A DNA stretch of 60,101 nucleotides, counting the filler. It is 3 parts of 3 records of this genome, joined end to end, with 100 filler letters (N's around TTAATTAATTAA, not from the genome) between each part and the next. Parts side by side here need not be neighbours in the genome. Positions count along the whole stretch, not along the records: positions 1 to 29,790 come from DRR723986_7813; 2 more parts are not named here. One strand, 5' to 3'. A program made the position numbers and the translations under genes. Positions 20,011 to 29,390 of the stretch are shown piece after piece; within the stretch, counting starts at the first letter, position 1, and each line of letters opens with the position of its first letter. Below the pieces are notes generated by a model. That model saw only the letters and a program-made list of their open reading frames with translations, had not been told where the DNA came from and did not search any database.

Positions 20011-20709
20011 TTATACAGCCGTCCTAGAAATGAGAGTTGCTAAATCCGGACACACTTCTATTCGAAAGCGAATCGTCCAGCTACGTCTAGCCAGTGTGTC
20101 CTTGATGAGCTCTGCCTTGTTGTCATGCCCGGTGACAACTGCAATCACAAAATGGCCCTGCTCAATAAGACCTGTAAACGCAGGAACCTTCAGGCGTTTC
20201 TCAATGTCTGCGGCACACTTGCGGGCGATGTGATCAGGTGGCCCTCCTTGGTCAACACGGATAAGTCCGAGAACGGCTTGTTCGCTCCCTGGTAGCTGGT
20301 CGTAGTAGTAGTGAGAGGAATCAATTCCCTTGGCCAGCCAGTCCGGGTGACTCTTACTAATCTCCCCGACAAGCAGTCTGGTTCTTTGCACTTCCGAAGC
20401 ACAACAAAAGTGAAGCATCCCCAGTTCAGTAGGTAACGCCTGAGAGCCTAGAGGCTTCGTCTTCTTCAGGCTAAGTCCGAAAAGTCGACAAGCTTCAGAC
20501 CCCAGGCCATAATACTTCTTCGCACCGTCGAGATCGTGCGAGCTTAAGAAACCGGCTCTCTCTAAACGGCTAGTCACTTTCGATACGGCATTGATCTCTG
20601 AATCATCAAAGAACAGCTTGTGCAGAATCTCTCTGGTACTAAGTCGATACCTACGAACATGATCGAGGATTTCATAGTCGCGGTCGCCGAGTTTGGTTTT
20701 CTTTGCCAT
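20011..20709 (-). CDS. Replication-relaxation (Replic_Relax/MOBC-like) family protein, divergent copy
   Basis: LGDRDYEIL...RYRLST.E.L wHTH N-terminus; nuclease motif not clearly intact. Confidence 0.55.
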   Translation of the reverse strand: MAKKTKLGDRDYEILDHVRRYRLSTREILHKLFFDDSEINAVSKVTSRLERAGFLSSHDLDGAKKYYGLGSEACRLFGLSLKKTKPLGSQALPTELGMLHFCCASEVQRTRLLVGEISKSHPDWLAKGIDSSHYYYDQLPGSEQAVLGLIRVDQGGPPDHIARKCAADIEKRLKVPAFTGLIEQGHFVIAVVTGHDNKAELIKDTLARRSWTIRFRIEVCPDLATLISRTAV

Positions 20710-20715
20710 CAGAAA

Positions 20716-21354
20716 TCACCAAACTTCATAAGCCAATTCGCGTTTAGCACAATCCTTGTGGAATGCTTCAACGCGTCGTTTATCGTAAGCCCCTCCGAAC
20801 TCGAGAACCAAGCAAGGATTCTCACCAGGAGCCGAAGCCAACACTGCGTCAGGAAGCTTCTGGCCCTTGCGATAATGGGCCAGCACATCTTCACCAATCC
20901 AATTGGCAACGGCTTGTTCTGATTCGATTCTTCGCTGGATATACATTTGGCTTACGCCAAGATCGTGGGTGGCTTGGTACTCAGCCTTGAGGCTGCCTTG
21001 TCGTTTGCCCCCGAAGAGGCGACAAGCCTTGCTTGTCGCTAGATAAATGCGAGTCAGCTCAACTGGCTCCTTCCAACGACTTTGCAACTGCCATGCAGCA
21101 GCACCGTAGTTGGGAGCTTCGTCACCTGGAGCCCAAGCAATTACTGGAGAATGCAGGAGAGGAAGAGGAGCGGCGAGGACTCGCAACTGAGCAACAAACT
21201 CGCTCGCTACGAGTTTGCCCATTCGCTGCCTAGCTGTAGCCAGCGAGGTAGAAGCATCCCTCCACCAGCAATCAGCGATTTGCTGAGCTGTAAAAAGCCG
21301 CACTTTCGTGCAGAGGGAGGATAGTATTTCCTGGTCGCGGTCCGTAAGTCGCAT
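20716..21354 (-). CDS. Replication-relaxation (Replic_Relax/MOBC-like) family protein
   Basis: MRLTDRDQEIL..L wHTH, HDLGV, LPDAVL...LEFGGAY PD-(D/E)XK-like motif. Confidence 0.65.
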   Translation of the reverse strand: MRLTDRDQEILSSLCTKVRLFTAQQIADCWWRDASTSLATARQRMGKLVASEFVAQLRVLAAPLPLLHSPVIAWAPGDEAPNYGAAAWQLQSRWKEPVELTRIYLATSKACRLFGGKRQGSLKAEYQATHDLGVSQMYIQRRIESEQAVANWIGEDVLAHYRKGQKLPDAVLASAPGENPCLVLEFGGAYDKRRVEAFHKDCAKRELAYEVW

Positions 21355-21488
21355 CGCAGCGTTGGGGCAAACAAACCAGGATGATTAAAGCTCTGTAACA
21401 TTTCAAATAGTTCCAGGCGTTAGTCGTTACTCTTAGCTAACACCTTGTCTCTGGATGAGCTGTTTCACGTAGGTATTTACTACCTGAA

Positions 21489-21962
21489 GGCCGCCATCAG
21501 GCGGCCCCCTCCACGGCACCCAGCCGTGGAGGCCCGCGTGCCGCGTACCGGCACGCGAAGAGCACCGCTGCTGAAAGCAGCGGTTGACGGCGAGGCGGCC
21601 TAGCCGAGTCCGTCAAAGCGAGACCGTCCAGGGCTCGCTTGAGTCAAGGCCAGTAAGATCCCCAGATCTACGCTGGCCGCACTCCGCAGGCTGCCCACTG
21701 ACTGCGGAGGAGCGATCGTACAGATCGCGAGTAAGCGGCTTGCGGCCCTCGGAGCACGCCGCGCTCAGCCCGTTCAGGGCAGCCGGCGTTCAGACGGCCA
21801 TAAGCTGCCTTTCGAGTGCGAAAGGAGCGAAGCCAACTCCCACATTGGCGTAGTGACTGCAGCCACTCGTAGGCAGCCAGGCGACACTGCCGCGAAGCGA
21901 CCGCTAGCCCGGCCCCCGCGAGCATCTTGTAAGAAAAACCACCCACTTTTTATTACAAGATG
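21489..21962. repeat. Dense array of GC-rich hairpins plus 16-8-16 AT-rich palindrome (candidate sso/oriT)
   Basis: Perfect stems 21489-21506, 21508-21532, 21535-21557, 21564-21584 (GAA loop) and further stems to ~21890; CATCTTGTAAGAAAAA-N8-TTTTTATTACAAGATG at 21923-21962. Confidence 0.75.
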
Positions 21963-22164
21963 AGTGTCTATCTGTCCCAAGGTGAATGGCCACGGTGTGA
22001 GGTCAGAATCTCCCAAGTGACCGAGTGAATCGCTGTAGAAGCTTGGAAGGGGCGTCTAAACGAAGTGCCATCTGTAACGCCATATTTTTCGTCGATGGAG
22101 ATTTCGAGCGTTTAATGCTGCCGTCTTATTTACAACCCGCCAATCTCTATGAAAGGGCAGCTTC

Positions 22165-23232
22165 ATGGGAATCTTCTCGAGAAGTAACGATGATCTCGAG
22201 CCGTGCTCCACTGGAGAAATCATCACCACACAGCCGCAAGTCACTGCCGATGAGCAGCGTCAACTAGCGGCCATCGATAATACTAGCACCGCCTTAGCGA
22301 ATGCTGAAACTGTGGAGGACGTGAAGGAAATTCGCGATCAAGCTGAAGCTATTCGCCAGTACATTGAGAATGCAGGAATCAGCTTCGATATGCAGAACCG
22401 TGCCGCAGAAATCAAACTGCGTGCGGAACGCAAAGCTGGGCAGATGCTCTCCTCTCTCGACTTAAAGGGAGGTGATCGAAGGAGCGAGGAAAGCCCGAAA
22501 AGAATGCAACTAAGCGACCTAGGGATTTCCAAGGACCAGTCCTCCCGCTGGCAACTGATTGCAAGTATTGAAGAGCAGGCTTTTGAAGAGTTCGTAGCGA
22601 GCACTCTCTCAGAGCCAAGTGAGCTGACGACAGCTTCCGCCTTGCGGTTTGCAAAGGCACAAAGGGCTAGCACTCGAGCCAGTTCGAGAAGCAGCCGAAA
22701 TGCGACCAAGCCGCTGGCCACCGCCGAGGGCGGAGTCTTCCATGGAGAATTGCAGACTGCCATCGACTCAGGTCAGAAGTTTGGCTGCCTTTACTGCATG
22801 GCCGACTGGCCAAGTGAAGTAAGCGAATTGGAGTCCTTTGCGGATCATCTATGCGGCTTGGATGTGGGGGCTCTCGGAGAAGAGCGTTCACACGCACACC
22901 TTTGGACTCCCTACGATCGCCTTGAGCTTGCCAAGAAAGTGCTTCGAGCTTGGGGCTATGAGCCTGAAGACATTTTGATTTGGGTGAACCGGATTCGAGG
23001 TGAGGGGAAATACTGGCGTCGGGCTCACGAGTTCTTGGTCTTGGGAGTCCGGGGGGAATGTAAATTCGAAGCCAAGAATTTTCATAGCTGGATCGAAGCA
23101 AGAAAGCCGCGGAACGGCAGCAAGCCGGTCAAAGTCCGTGAGCTACTCGAGGCGGTAAGCCCAGGGCCTTTCATGCAGGTCTTTGAAGAGACGACGGCCC
23201 GTGGCTGGAGTTCTTGCCACGTGCCGTCGTGA
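22165..23232 (+). CDS. Phage-type MT-A70-family adenine methyltransferase homologue, catalytic motif degenerate
   Basis: N-terminal IRDQAEAIRQY...AEIKLRAERKAG; C-terminal HLWT...AWGY...IW...G.YWRRAHEFLVLG.RG...SKP...SPGP; DPPW position reads MADWP. Confidence 0.7.
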   Translation: MGIFSRSNDDLEPCSTGEIITTQPQVTADEQRQLAAIDNTSTALANAETVEDVKEIRDQAEAIRQYIENAGISFDMQNRAAEIKLRAERKAGQMLSSLDLKGGDRRSEESPKRMQLSDLGISKDQSSRWQLIASIEEQAFEEFVASTLSEPSELTTASALRFAKAQRASTRASSRSSRNATKPLATAEGGVFHGELQTAIDSGQKFGCLYCMADWPSEVSELESFADHLCGLDVGALGEERSHAHLWTPYDRLELAKKVLRAWGYEPEDILIWVNRIRGEGKYWRRAHEFLVLGVRGECKFEAKNFHSWIEARKPRNGSKPVKVRELLEAVSPGPFMQVFEETTARGWSSCHVPS

Positions 23233-23633
23233 CGCAATGGCACGTCGCACGCTGCATTGAGTGTGATAGCCAGTGGCGAGCTCCTTTTGCTCCTATCCCC
23301 TGTTACCACTGCGGCGGTTTACATCCGGTGGTTCGACTTGAACCACCGAGACCGAAGACTCAAATCCAAAATCCAAGTTTCGAAAAGAGCAAAGCGATGA
23401 GCCAAAAGACACCGGAGACTGAAATTCGGATGGGGCTGATTAAGGCCACCGTCTGGGCCAATGAAAACAGACAACGCGGCATCTACTACCGCGTCACTCT
23501 TTGCCGACTGTACCGCGACGGTGCGGGTTGGAAAGAGTCGACGAGGTTCGACCGCGATGACTTGCCGCTTCTAGCCAAAGTCGCAGACCGAGCCCACTCG
23601 TGGATCTACGACAAGCAACAGGGGGCCATTTGA
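23229..23633 (+). CDS. PC4/SSB-like protein copy 2, possibly with N-terminal Zn-ribbon (alternative start 23397)
   Basis: GTG overlaps upstream TGA; CIEC...CYHC in frame with IKATVWAN...FDRDDLPLLAKV. Confidence 0.65.
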   Translation: MTQWHVARCIECDSQWRAPFAPIPCYHCGGLHPVVRLEPPRPKTQIQNPSFEKSKAMSQKTPETEIRMGLIKATVWANENRQRGIYYRVTLCRLYRDGAGWKESTRFDRDDLPLLAKVADRAHSWIYDKQQGAI

Positions 23634-23795
23634 ACCTCGGTGGTTGATCCCAGCCGTGTAATTGGGGCTCAAACCCGCTTCCGGTTTGTCAAACATAGGG
23701 AAGGTTTTTTCGGGGCTTACTGCCTCCTCCAGCAGCATTGTTCTCACCTGCTCGTAAGCAGGTGAGTTGAGTGTAAAACAGCCAAAGGAGGAACC

Positions 23796-24047
23796 ATGGC
23801 AAGTAATCAACGAGCAAGAAGGGGTACGCATACCCAAACGAAAGTGGCTGCTATTGAGCAGTGTGCTTTCAAGGTGGCGAATGAAACAGAGGTGCAGAAA
23901 CCAGTTCATCAAGTGAAGTGCGTCATGCGTCTTCATGAGAAGGACTTGGAGGTCATTAGCAAAATGGTCTGCAACATGTTCTCTGCAAATCTCATGTTCA
24001 TAGCTGGTTTGTTTTTGATGTTCACTTTGAACAGATTTTTCAACTAG
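23796..24047 (+). CDS. Small hypothetical protein with hydrophobic C-terminus
   Basis: Strong AAGGAGGA RBS; C-terminal LMFIAGLFLMFTL. Confidence 0.55.
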   Translation: MASNQRARRGTHTQTKVAAIEQCAFKVANETEVQKPVHQVKCVMRLHEKDLEVISKMVCNMFSANLMFIAGLFLMFTLNRFFN

Positions 24048-24113
24048 CTGCCCTGGGCCCGTGTCTTTTTGACCGGGCCATTTTTCCTTCAGAGTTTGAG
24101 CAAGAGCGGAACA

Positions 24114-24365
24114 ATGCAACAAGAGAACAAGCTGCTCACTGTTGGGCAGGTAGCCGACTGGCTGAGCGTCTCCAAAAGCTCGGTGTATCAGATGGTTGAG
24201 GCTGGCAAGCTGCCAGTCATCCGTCTTGGCTCGGCCAAAGGCTCAATTCGCTTCGAACAAGGCGACATTCTCGAGTTCTTAGCCAACTCGAAGACCATTC
24301 AGTCCAGGACTGATATGCCTAAGACCCGTGCGAGGAAAGCCCTCAAGCACGTCCAAATCAAATGA
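24114..24365 (+). CDS. Excisionase-like HTH_17 DNA-binding protein
   Basis: LLTVGQVADWLSVSKSSVYQMVEAGKLP.IRLG...IRF. Confidence 0.85.
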   Translation: MQQENKLLTVGQVADWLSVSKSSVYQMVEAGKLPVIRLGSAKGSIRFEQGDILEFLANSKTIQSRTDMPKTRARKALKHVQIK

Positions 24366-24501
24366 CACATCAGAGGCGGCGTTTAGTTGTCTCATCCCGC
24401 CTGGCTGCCACTAGGCGGGATAGATTCAGCTTCCTATCTGTTAGATAATCAGCAATCGATGTGTTACTGATTCGTTGAATATCTACTTTGAAGCTTGCAC
24501 C

Positions 24502-27500
24502 ATGGGCGGTAACAAGGGCAATAAACGTTTGCCTAAGAACAGTGTCAATACAACTAAAGCAAAGAAGCTGAGCAATCCGCTTTCTACTGGGAACAGTGGC
24601 GGCAACTTCGAAGCAAGAGTACAGGCATCTTTCGTAGTGCAGATGCTTGCCGAGGGCTCAGCTCCGTGTCTTACAGGCACGAGAATAACCAAGGTAGAGT
24701 TCCAGAATAAGTTCAAGGGAATTGAGACCGACGATGCGACGGTTTATGCGGAAGGAGCAGGAGGGAGAGAGTCCCGTCTTCTGTGTCAAATAAAGCGGGG
24801 GATTCGGATTCAGAAGAATGCTCCTAAACTGGCTGAGACGATAAAGGCAGCATGGGATGACTTTAAGAAGCCGAAATTCAGGAAGGATTCAGACAGGCTT
24901 GCACTCATTACGGACCACCTCAGCTCTACTGACATAGCCTTGCGCGAAGTTCTTGAGGCCGCAACTGCCAGTCAAAGTGTCGCAGAGTTTCGCAAACGCA
25001 TGAGTCTCGGACAATTTACGAGCGAAAATCAGAGGAACAAGCTAAAAGTTGTTGAGCACCATCTAAAACGGGCAAATGGCAATGCTCTAGTTAATGATCA
25101 AGAGCTATTCGAATTTCTCCGATGCTTCCGAGTACTCACTTACGACTTGGATATTAAGGGAGCTAGTCTCTCTCTTCTACAGACAATTACTGGGATGTTC
25201 TCCAGTGATGCTGAAGGCCTATGGGCGAAAATTCTAATGCACGTTAGCTATCGCAACGAGCGGGCGAGTTCAATTAGTAAAGAGGATTTGCCAGCTGACA
25301 TCCTTAGTGAGCTTCAGAAACAGCCTCGAATTCTTATTCCAGATGGGCTGGCCCCATCCATAGACGAAGGGAATTGGCATGACCTTGATGGTATCGAAAA
25401 TCTCGTTCCGGCCATTCTTGTAGGTCAGTGGCAAGAGGGCTCTGACGGTGACCGAAGCCTGTTCGAAAGAGTATCCGATTCGTCCTACGACGACTGGCAG
25501 AAATCTATTCAACCAGTGGTAGTGAATGCGGGAGTTCCCCTTCGCGTGCAAAAGGGGCTCTGGGAATTCGTGAACAGGAGAGAGAATTGGGATTTTTTTC
25601 GAGCGTTGCTATTTGATCGTACTGCAGAGAAGTTCATTGATGTGGCAAGGGAGGCTCTACTTGAAAGTTCACCAGCATTCGATTTACCTCCAGACGAAAG
25701 AGTTCTCGCCTCGATCAAAGGCAAAGTGCCTAAGTATTCTCCTCAAATAAAGATGGGGTTTGCTGAAGGTCTAGCGTTGCTGTCCCAAAAGACTGAGGTC
25801 TTCAACAAAATGGACAAGACCAAAGCCCAAGGGCTGGTGTTCGTCTGCGTTAGAAAAATCTATGACAAAGCGGATTGGAAACTATGGGCTTCTCTCGACC
25901 GTCTTCATCCATATTTGGCCGAAGCTGCTCCGGTTGAATTCTTAGACGCGGTGGAAGAATTACTAAACTCGAAGAGCGGGACACTTCAGCGTCTATTCTC
26001 TCTTGAGTCATCTGATCTGTTGGGCGGTGGAAACTACGTAACCGGCCTGCTTTGGGCACTCGAAACGCTTGCTTGGAGTGAAGAATATTTGTCCCGAGTA
26101 ACAGATCTCCTCGGACAGCTAGCATCGCGGGACCCTGGAGGGAATTGGGCGAACAGACCTTTCAACTCCCTCATCAGTATCTTTCTACCATGGTATCCGC
26201 AAACGCTAGCACCTTCTTCGCGACGAGTTGCTGCGGTCAAGATGCTTTCCAACGAGTGCGAAGAAGTAGCGTTCAAACTGATTCTGAGTTTGATGCCACA
26301 ACAGCACCAGTCAACTAGTGGCACACACAAGCCAAGTTACTTTCTTTCAGTCCCCGAGGAATCTGAAGTTGACTCAAGGGATTCCTATGCAAAAGAAGTG
26401 AGAGAGTATTCTAAGCTGCTACTCAAGCTGGGGCTTGGCAGAATAGAAAGAATGAAACTTATCATTCGCGTTCTACCCCAATTGTCTTCTGCGCAACTGA
26501 ATGAGTTTATTGAATCTGTGCAAGAGTTGCATACTGGGGGTGAAGACCTACTGGATCTTTGGCATTTGCTCCTAGAACACTGCACAATTTATAAAGCCAG
26601 CTCAGCAAAAACGAGTGGGTTTAAGAAACTCAAAGCGCTAACCGATAGCATCGCGCCGAAGCAAGTTGCTGACCGAGCCAAGCATCTCTTCGGTCCAGAA
26701 GCTTACCAAGAATTCTATTCCGACCCCAAATACACTGACCCAGATGAAGCTCTCAATAGAAAACGAGACGAGGCTGTTGCCGAGATCTTTGCGACAGGAG
26801 GATTCAAGTCAGCCCTAGGCTTCGCAAATTCCGTTGATGATGCACATCTAGTTGGAGTAAGCCTTGCTCACGCGACCCGCGAGTGCATTCAAGAAACGAT
26901 CTCGATTGTCACTACCAAGAAAGATAGTAAGGCAATAGACTTCGCCCGCTATTACATTAAGGAAGTGTTCAGGCTTGAAGGTGGTTGGACGTGGTTTGAA
27001 GCTTTGGAGCTTTCGCATTTGAATGCTCAGTCGATGGCAAGCGTGCTGTTGTCACTACCCGGCACCAATGAACTAATTCTTTACTTGAAAAATCTCAGCA
27101 AAAAGACCCAGGAACACTATTGGAGCAAAGTCGGAAGAGTTGCTGCTTTTGCCGATTGGGATATGAACGCTGCGGCAAAGGAGCTGTTAAAGCATAATCG
27201 ACCTGCCCTCGCATTAAGCTGCATTCACAAGAGATTGTATAGAAGCAAGAAACTCGATTCTCAGCTTGCGCTGACCGCCTTAAACGCAATGACGCAAGGC
27301 TCAGGTTCCGAGGGAGACGGCTATGAAGTTGTCCAGGTGCTGGCGGAACTTCAAAAAGACAAACGTGTCGAAGTATCTCAACTTATTCCTCTTGAGTTTT
27401 ACTTCTTGGATCTTCTGACTCACTACCCCGAAACACGACCATTAACTCTGGTATCAGAACTTGCAACAGACCCAGTGGCTTTTCACGAGCTAATCAAGAC

Positions 27501-28029
27501 TGCGTTCCGCTCACGTTCTGCAAGCAAAAAGAGAGAGTTGTCGGAATCGGAGTCAGCAAGAGCTTTGCAATGCTACAAAGTTCTTGAGGCTTGGGATTCC
27601 CCTCCAGGCCTTCAAGTAGGAGGCAAGGTGAATGCAGCACTTCTAAACTCATGGGTAAACGAAGCACTACGCTTAGCGGAAGACTCTGGCCACGTCGAGA
27701 TTGCCCAACAACAGATAGGGGCCGTATTCCTTTATGCTCCGACCAAGACCAACGATGGGGTGCTAGAGGACAGCTACGCGAAGATGCTTAATGCTTCGGA
27801 ACACAAAGACATGAGGCGAGGCTTTGAAATAGCAACCTATAACTCAAGAGGAGCCCACAACGTCGACCCGAAAGCCCGACCAGAACTCAAGCTGCAAGAA
27901 ACTTACTCGGCACGTGCCGATGCAGCTGAGCTCGAAGGATTTCACCGCCTCGCGGAGACATACCGGAATATATCTGGCTTTTATGAAAGGGAAGCTCAGA
28001 GGATTCTCGAACGCTATGAAGACACTTAG
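24502..28029 (+). CDS. Large putative defence protein: N-terminal PD-(D/E)XK-like nuclease + long helical domain
   Basis: GGNFE...EFQ...TDD...CQIK; C-terminal LAEAAP.EFLDAVE, LLWALETLAW, DPGGNWANRP.NSL; no clear Walker A. Confidence 0.7.
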   Translation: MGGNKGNKRLPKNSVNTTKAKKLSNPLSTGNSGGNFEARVQASFVVQMLAEGSAPCLTGTRITKVEFQNKFKGIETDDATVYAEGAGGRESRLLCQIKRGIRIQKNAPKLAETIKAAWDDFKKPKFRKDSDRLALITDHLSSTDIALREVLEAATASQSVAEFRKRMSLGQFTSENQRNKLKVVEHHLKRANGNALVNDQELFEFLRCFRVLTYDLDIKGASLSLLQTITGMFSSDAEGLWAKILMHVSYRNERASSISKEDLPADILSELQKQPRILIPDGLAPSIDEGNWHDLDGIENLVPAILVGQWQEGSDGDRSLFERVSDSSYDDWQKSIQPVVVNAGVPLRVQKGLWEFVNRRENWDFFRALLFDRTAEKFIDVAREALLESSPAFDLPPDERVLASIKGKVPKYSPQIKMGFAEGLALLSQKTEVFNKMDKTKAQGLVFVCVRKIYDKADWKLWASLDRLHPYLAEAAPVEFLDAVEELLNSKSGTLQRLFSLESSDLLGGGNYVTGLLWALETLAWSEEYLSRVTDLLGQLASRDPGGNWANRPFNSLISIFLPWYPQTLAPSSRRVAAVKMLSNECEEVAFKLILSLMPQQHQSTSGTHKPSYFLSVPEESEVDSRDSYAKEVREYSKLLLKLGLGRIERMKLIIRVLPQLSSAQLNEFIESVQELHTGGEDLLDLWHLLLEHCTIYKASSAKTSGFKKLKALTDSIAPKQVADRAKHLFGPEAYQEFYSDPKYTDPDEALNRKRDEAVAEIFATGGFKSALGFANSVDDAHLVGVSLAHATRECIQETISIVTTKKDSKAIDFARYYIKEVFRLEGGWTWFEALELSHLNAQSMASVLLSLPGTNELILYLKNLSKKTQEHYWSKVGRVAAFADWDMNAAAKELLKHNRPALALSCIHKRLYRSKKLDSQLALTALNAMTQGSGSEGDGYEVVQVLAELQKDKRVEVSQLIPLEFYFLDLLTHYPETRPLTLVSELATDPVAFHELIKTAFRSRSASKKRELSESESARALQCYKVLEAWDSPPGLQVGGKVNAALLNSWVNEALRLAEDSGHVEIAQQQIGAVFLYAPTKTNDGVLEDSYAKMLNASEHKDMRRGFEIATYNSRGAHNVDPKARPELKLQETYSARADAAELEGFHRLAETYRNISGFYEREAQRILERYEDT

Positions 28030-29198
28030 ATATTTACCCTCGAGGCCTGCTCCAGCATGTGCTCGGGGCTATGCGATAGGTGCTGATAAACTCGAGCCAG
28101 CATCGAGGGGTCTTTGTGCCCCATGAGCAAGGCGACGGTTAGCGGATCAACCCCTTGTTTAAGGGCATTGGTGGCCCAAGAGTGCCTTAACGCATAGAGC
28201 GAATAACGTGGAGCCATTTCCTTAGCCATTGATTGATACAGCTTTCGCTTGGCTTCCTCCCTGAGTTCAGGTTTCGTCTTTTGCCGGAGCTTTCCTCTTC
28301 GCTTCGTTGTTTTCTTCAGCGACTTAATCTTCTCGCGGATAGCCAATTCCGAAGGCTGCTTGCCGCTCGCATCAAGTCTCGCTCTGCCCATTCGAATTCG
28401 AATCCGGTCCACAGCACAATTGACGGATTCTGAGTTCCAGGGAACCTCTGCGGTATTGCGAAAGAGATTCCCACTTGGATACTGCTTGAGAAGTCGCTTG
28501 GTTATCTCAAGGGCAGTGTCATCAAGGTAGACGATACGCGGAGCGTGCTTGCCCTTAGACTTCTTCTGAGGGAACACCCAGCGAGAATTGCCAAGGTCAA
28601 CATACTCACCAGTGAGGATGAGCGTCTCCTGAGGCCGTGCTCCGGTGTGATAGGTGGTAATGAACAGATCTTTGAGTTCTTCGCACTCGATGTAGCCAAG
28701 AAGCTCCTGGAACTCCTCAGGCGGTAGGTAGACATCTTTCCTTTCTGAACCCGGCATCTGAAGAGCCTCGAGCGGATGCCTATCGATATGCCCCTGCTTA
28801 AGAGCCCAAGTGAGGCAGGTCTTAATCGAGCGAAAGTAGTTCCGCCTGGTAGTCTCTGCAAACTTGTACTGGTCGACCCACTGCTCAACGTGAAAGGGCT
28901 TGAGGCTATTCACCTTGATGTCTGGATAGCGGTCAACGAATCGCTGAAGCCGGTACTGATACCACTCGTAGGTATCCGGGGCTCGGTGCTTTTGAACCCA
29001 ATCGAGATAGAGGTCAATCAACTCGGTGACACTCGGGTTGAGATTGGTCTGAAGCTTAGGCTCAGGATTCGCCATCAGCTCATGGTAGAGCTTGAACGCT
29101 TCATCCTTGTCTTTGCCAAGGTTGATTTGCTTACCGGAAATTTGGACGTACCAGACGCCCCTGGATGCCTTAAAAAAGGGCTTTGGATAATGTGGCAT
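28026..29198 (-). CDS. Tyrosine integrase
   Basis: TGARPQE, KSKGK, YALRHSWAT, MGHKD...Y; adjacent to tRNA 3' end. Confidence 0.95.
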   Translation of the reverse strand: MPHYPKPFFKASRGVWYVQISGKQINLGKDKDEAFKLYHELMANPEPKLQTNLNPSVTELIDLYLDWVQKHRAPDTYEWYQYRLQRFVDRYPDIKVNSLKPFHVEQWVDQYKFAETTRRNYFRSIKTCLTWALKQGHIDRHPLEALQMPGSERKDVYLPPEEFQELLGYIECEELKDLFITTYHTGARPQETLILTGEYVDLGNSRWVFPQKKSKGKHAPRIVYLDDTALEITKRLLKQYPSGNLFRNTAEVPWNSESVNCAVDRIRIRMGRARLDASGKQPSELAIREKIKSLKKTTKRRGKLRQKTKPELREEAKRKLYQSMAKEMAPRYSLYALRHSWATNALKQGVDPLTVALLMGHKDPSMLARVYQHLSHSPEHMLEQASRVNI

Positions 29199-29317
29199 GG
29201 GTGAACTCTCGTCGTAACCAGGAAGGAAACATCAGAGGCGACGAGTCAGCTCACTCACTTAAGAACTCCGGCTGCCACCGGAGGCGTTCGCATGAGAACG
29301 CAAATGCTGTGCCGAAG

Positions 29318-29340
29318 TTCTCGTACAATTTCTCGTACAA
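29318..29340. repeat. Tandem TTCTCGTACAA repeat, probable integrase arm-type binding sites
   Basis: Identical 11-mers at 29318-29328 and 29330-29340 between int and tRNA. Confidence 0.6.
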
Positions 29341-29390
29341 GCTCGGTTTGTCAGAGGTGTTTTTCCTCGTTGACCCAAGGAAAACAAAGG

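Noticed and set aside
21489-21920. Hairpin array as CRISPR or REP repeats
   Set aside because: Stems differ in sequence; no repeated unit with spacers
24367-29243. ACATCAGAGGCG(G/A)CG direct repeat at 24367-24381 and 29229-29243 as att sites
   Set aside because: Unrelated to the tRNA 3' end, and a 12-bp exact match can occur by chance in ~30 kb; unsupported without comparative data
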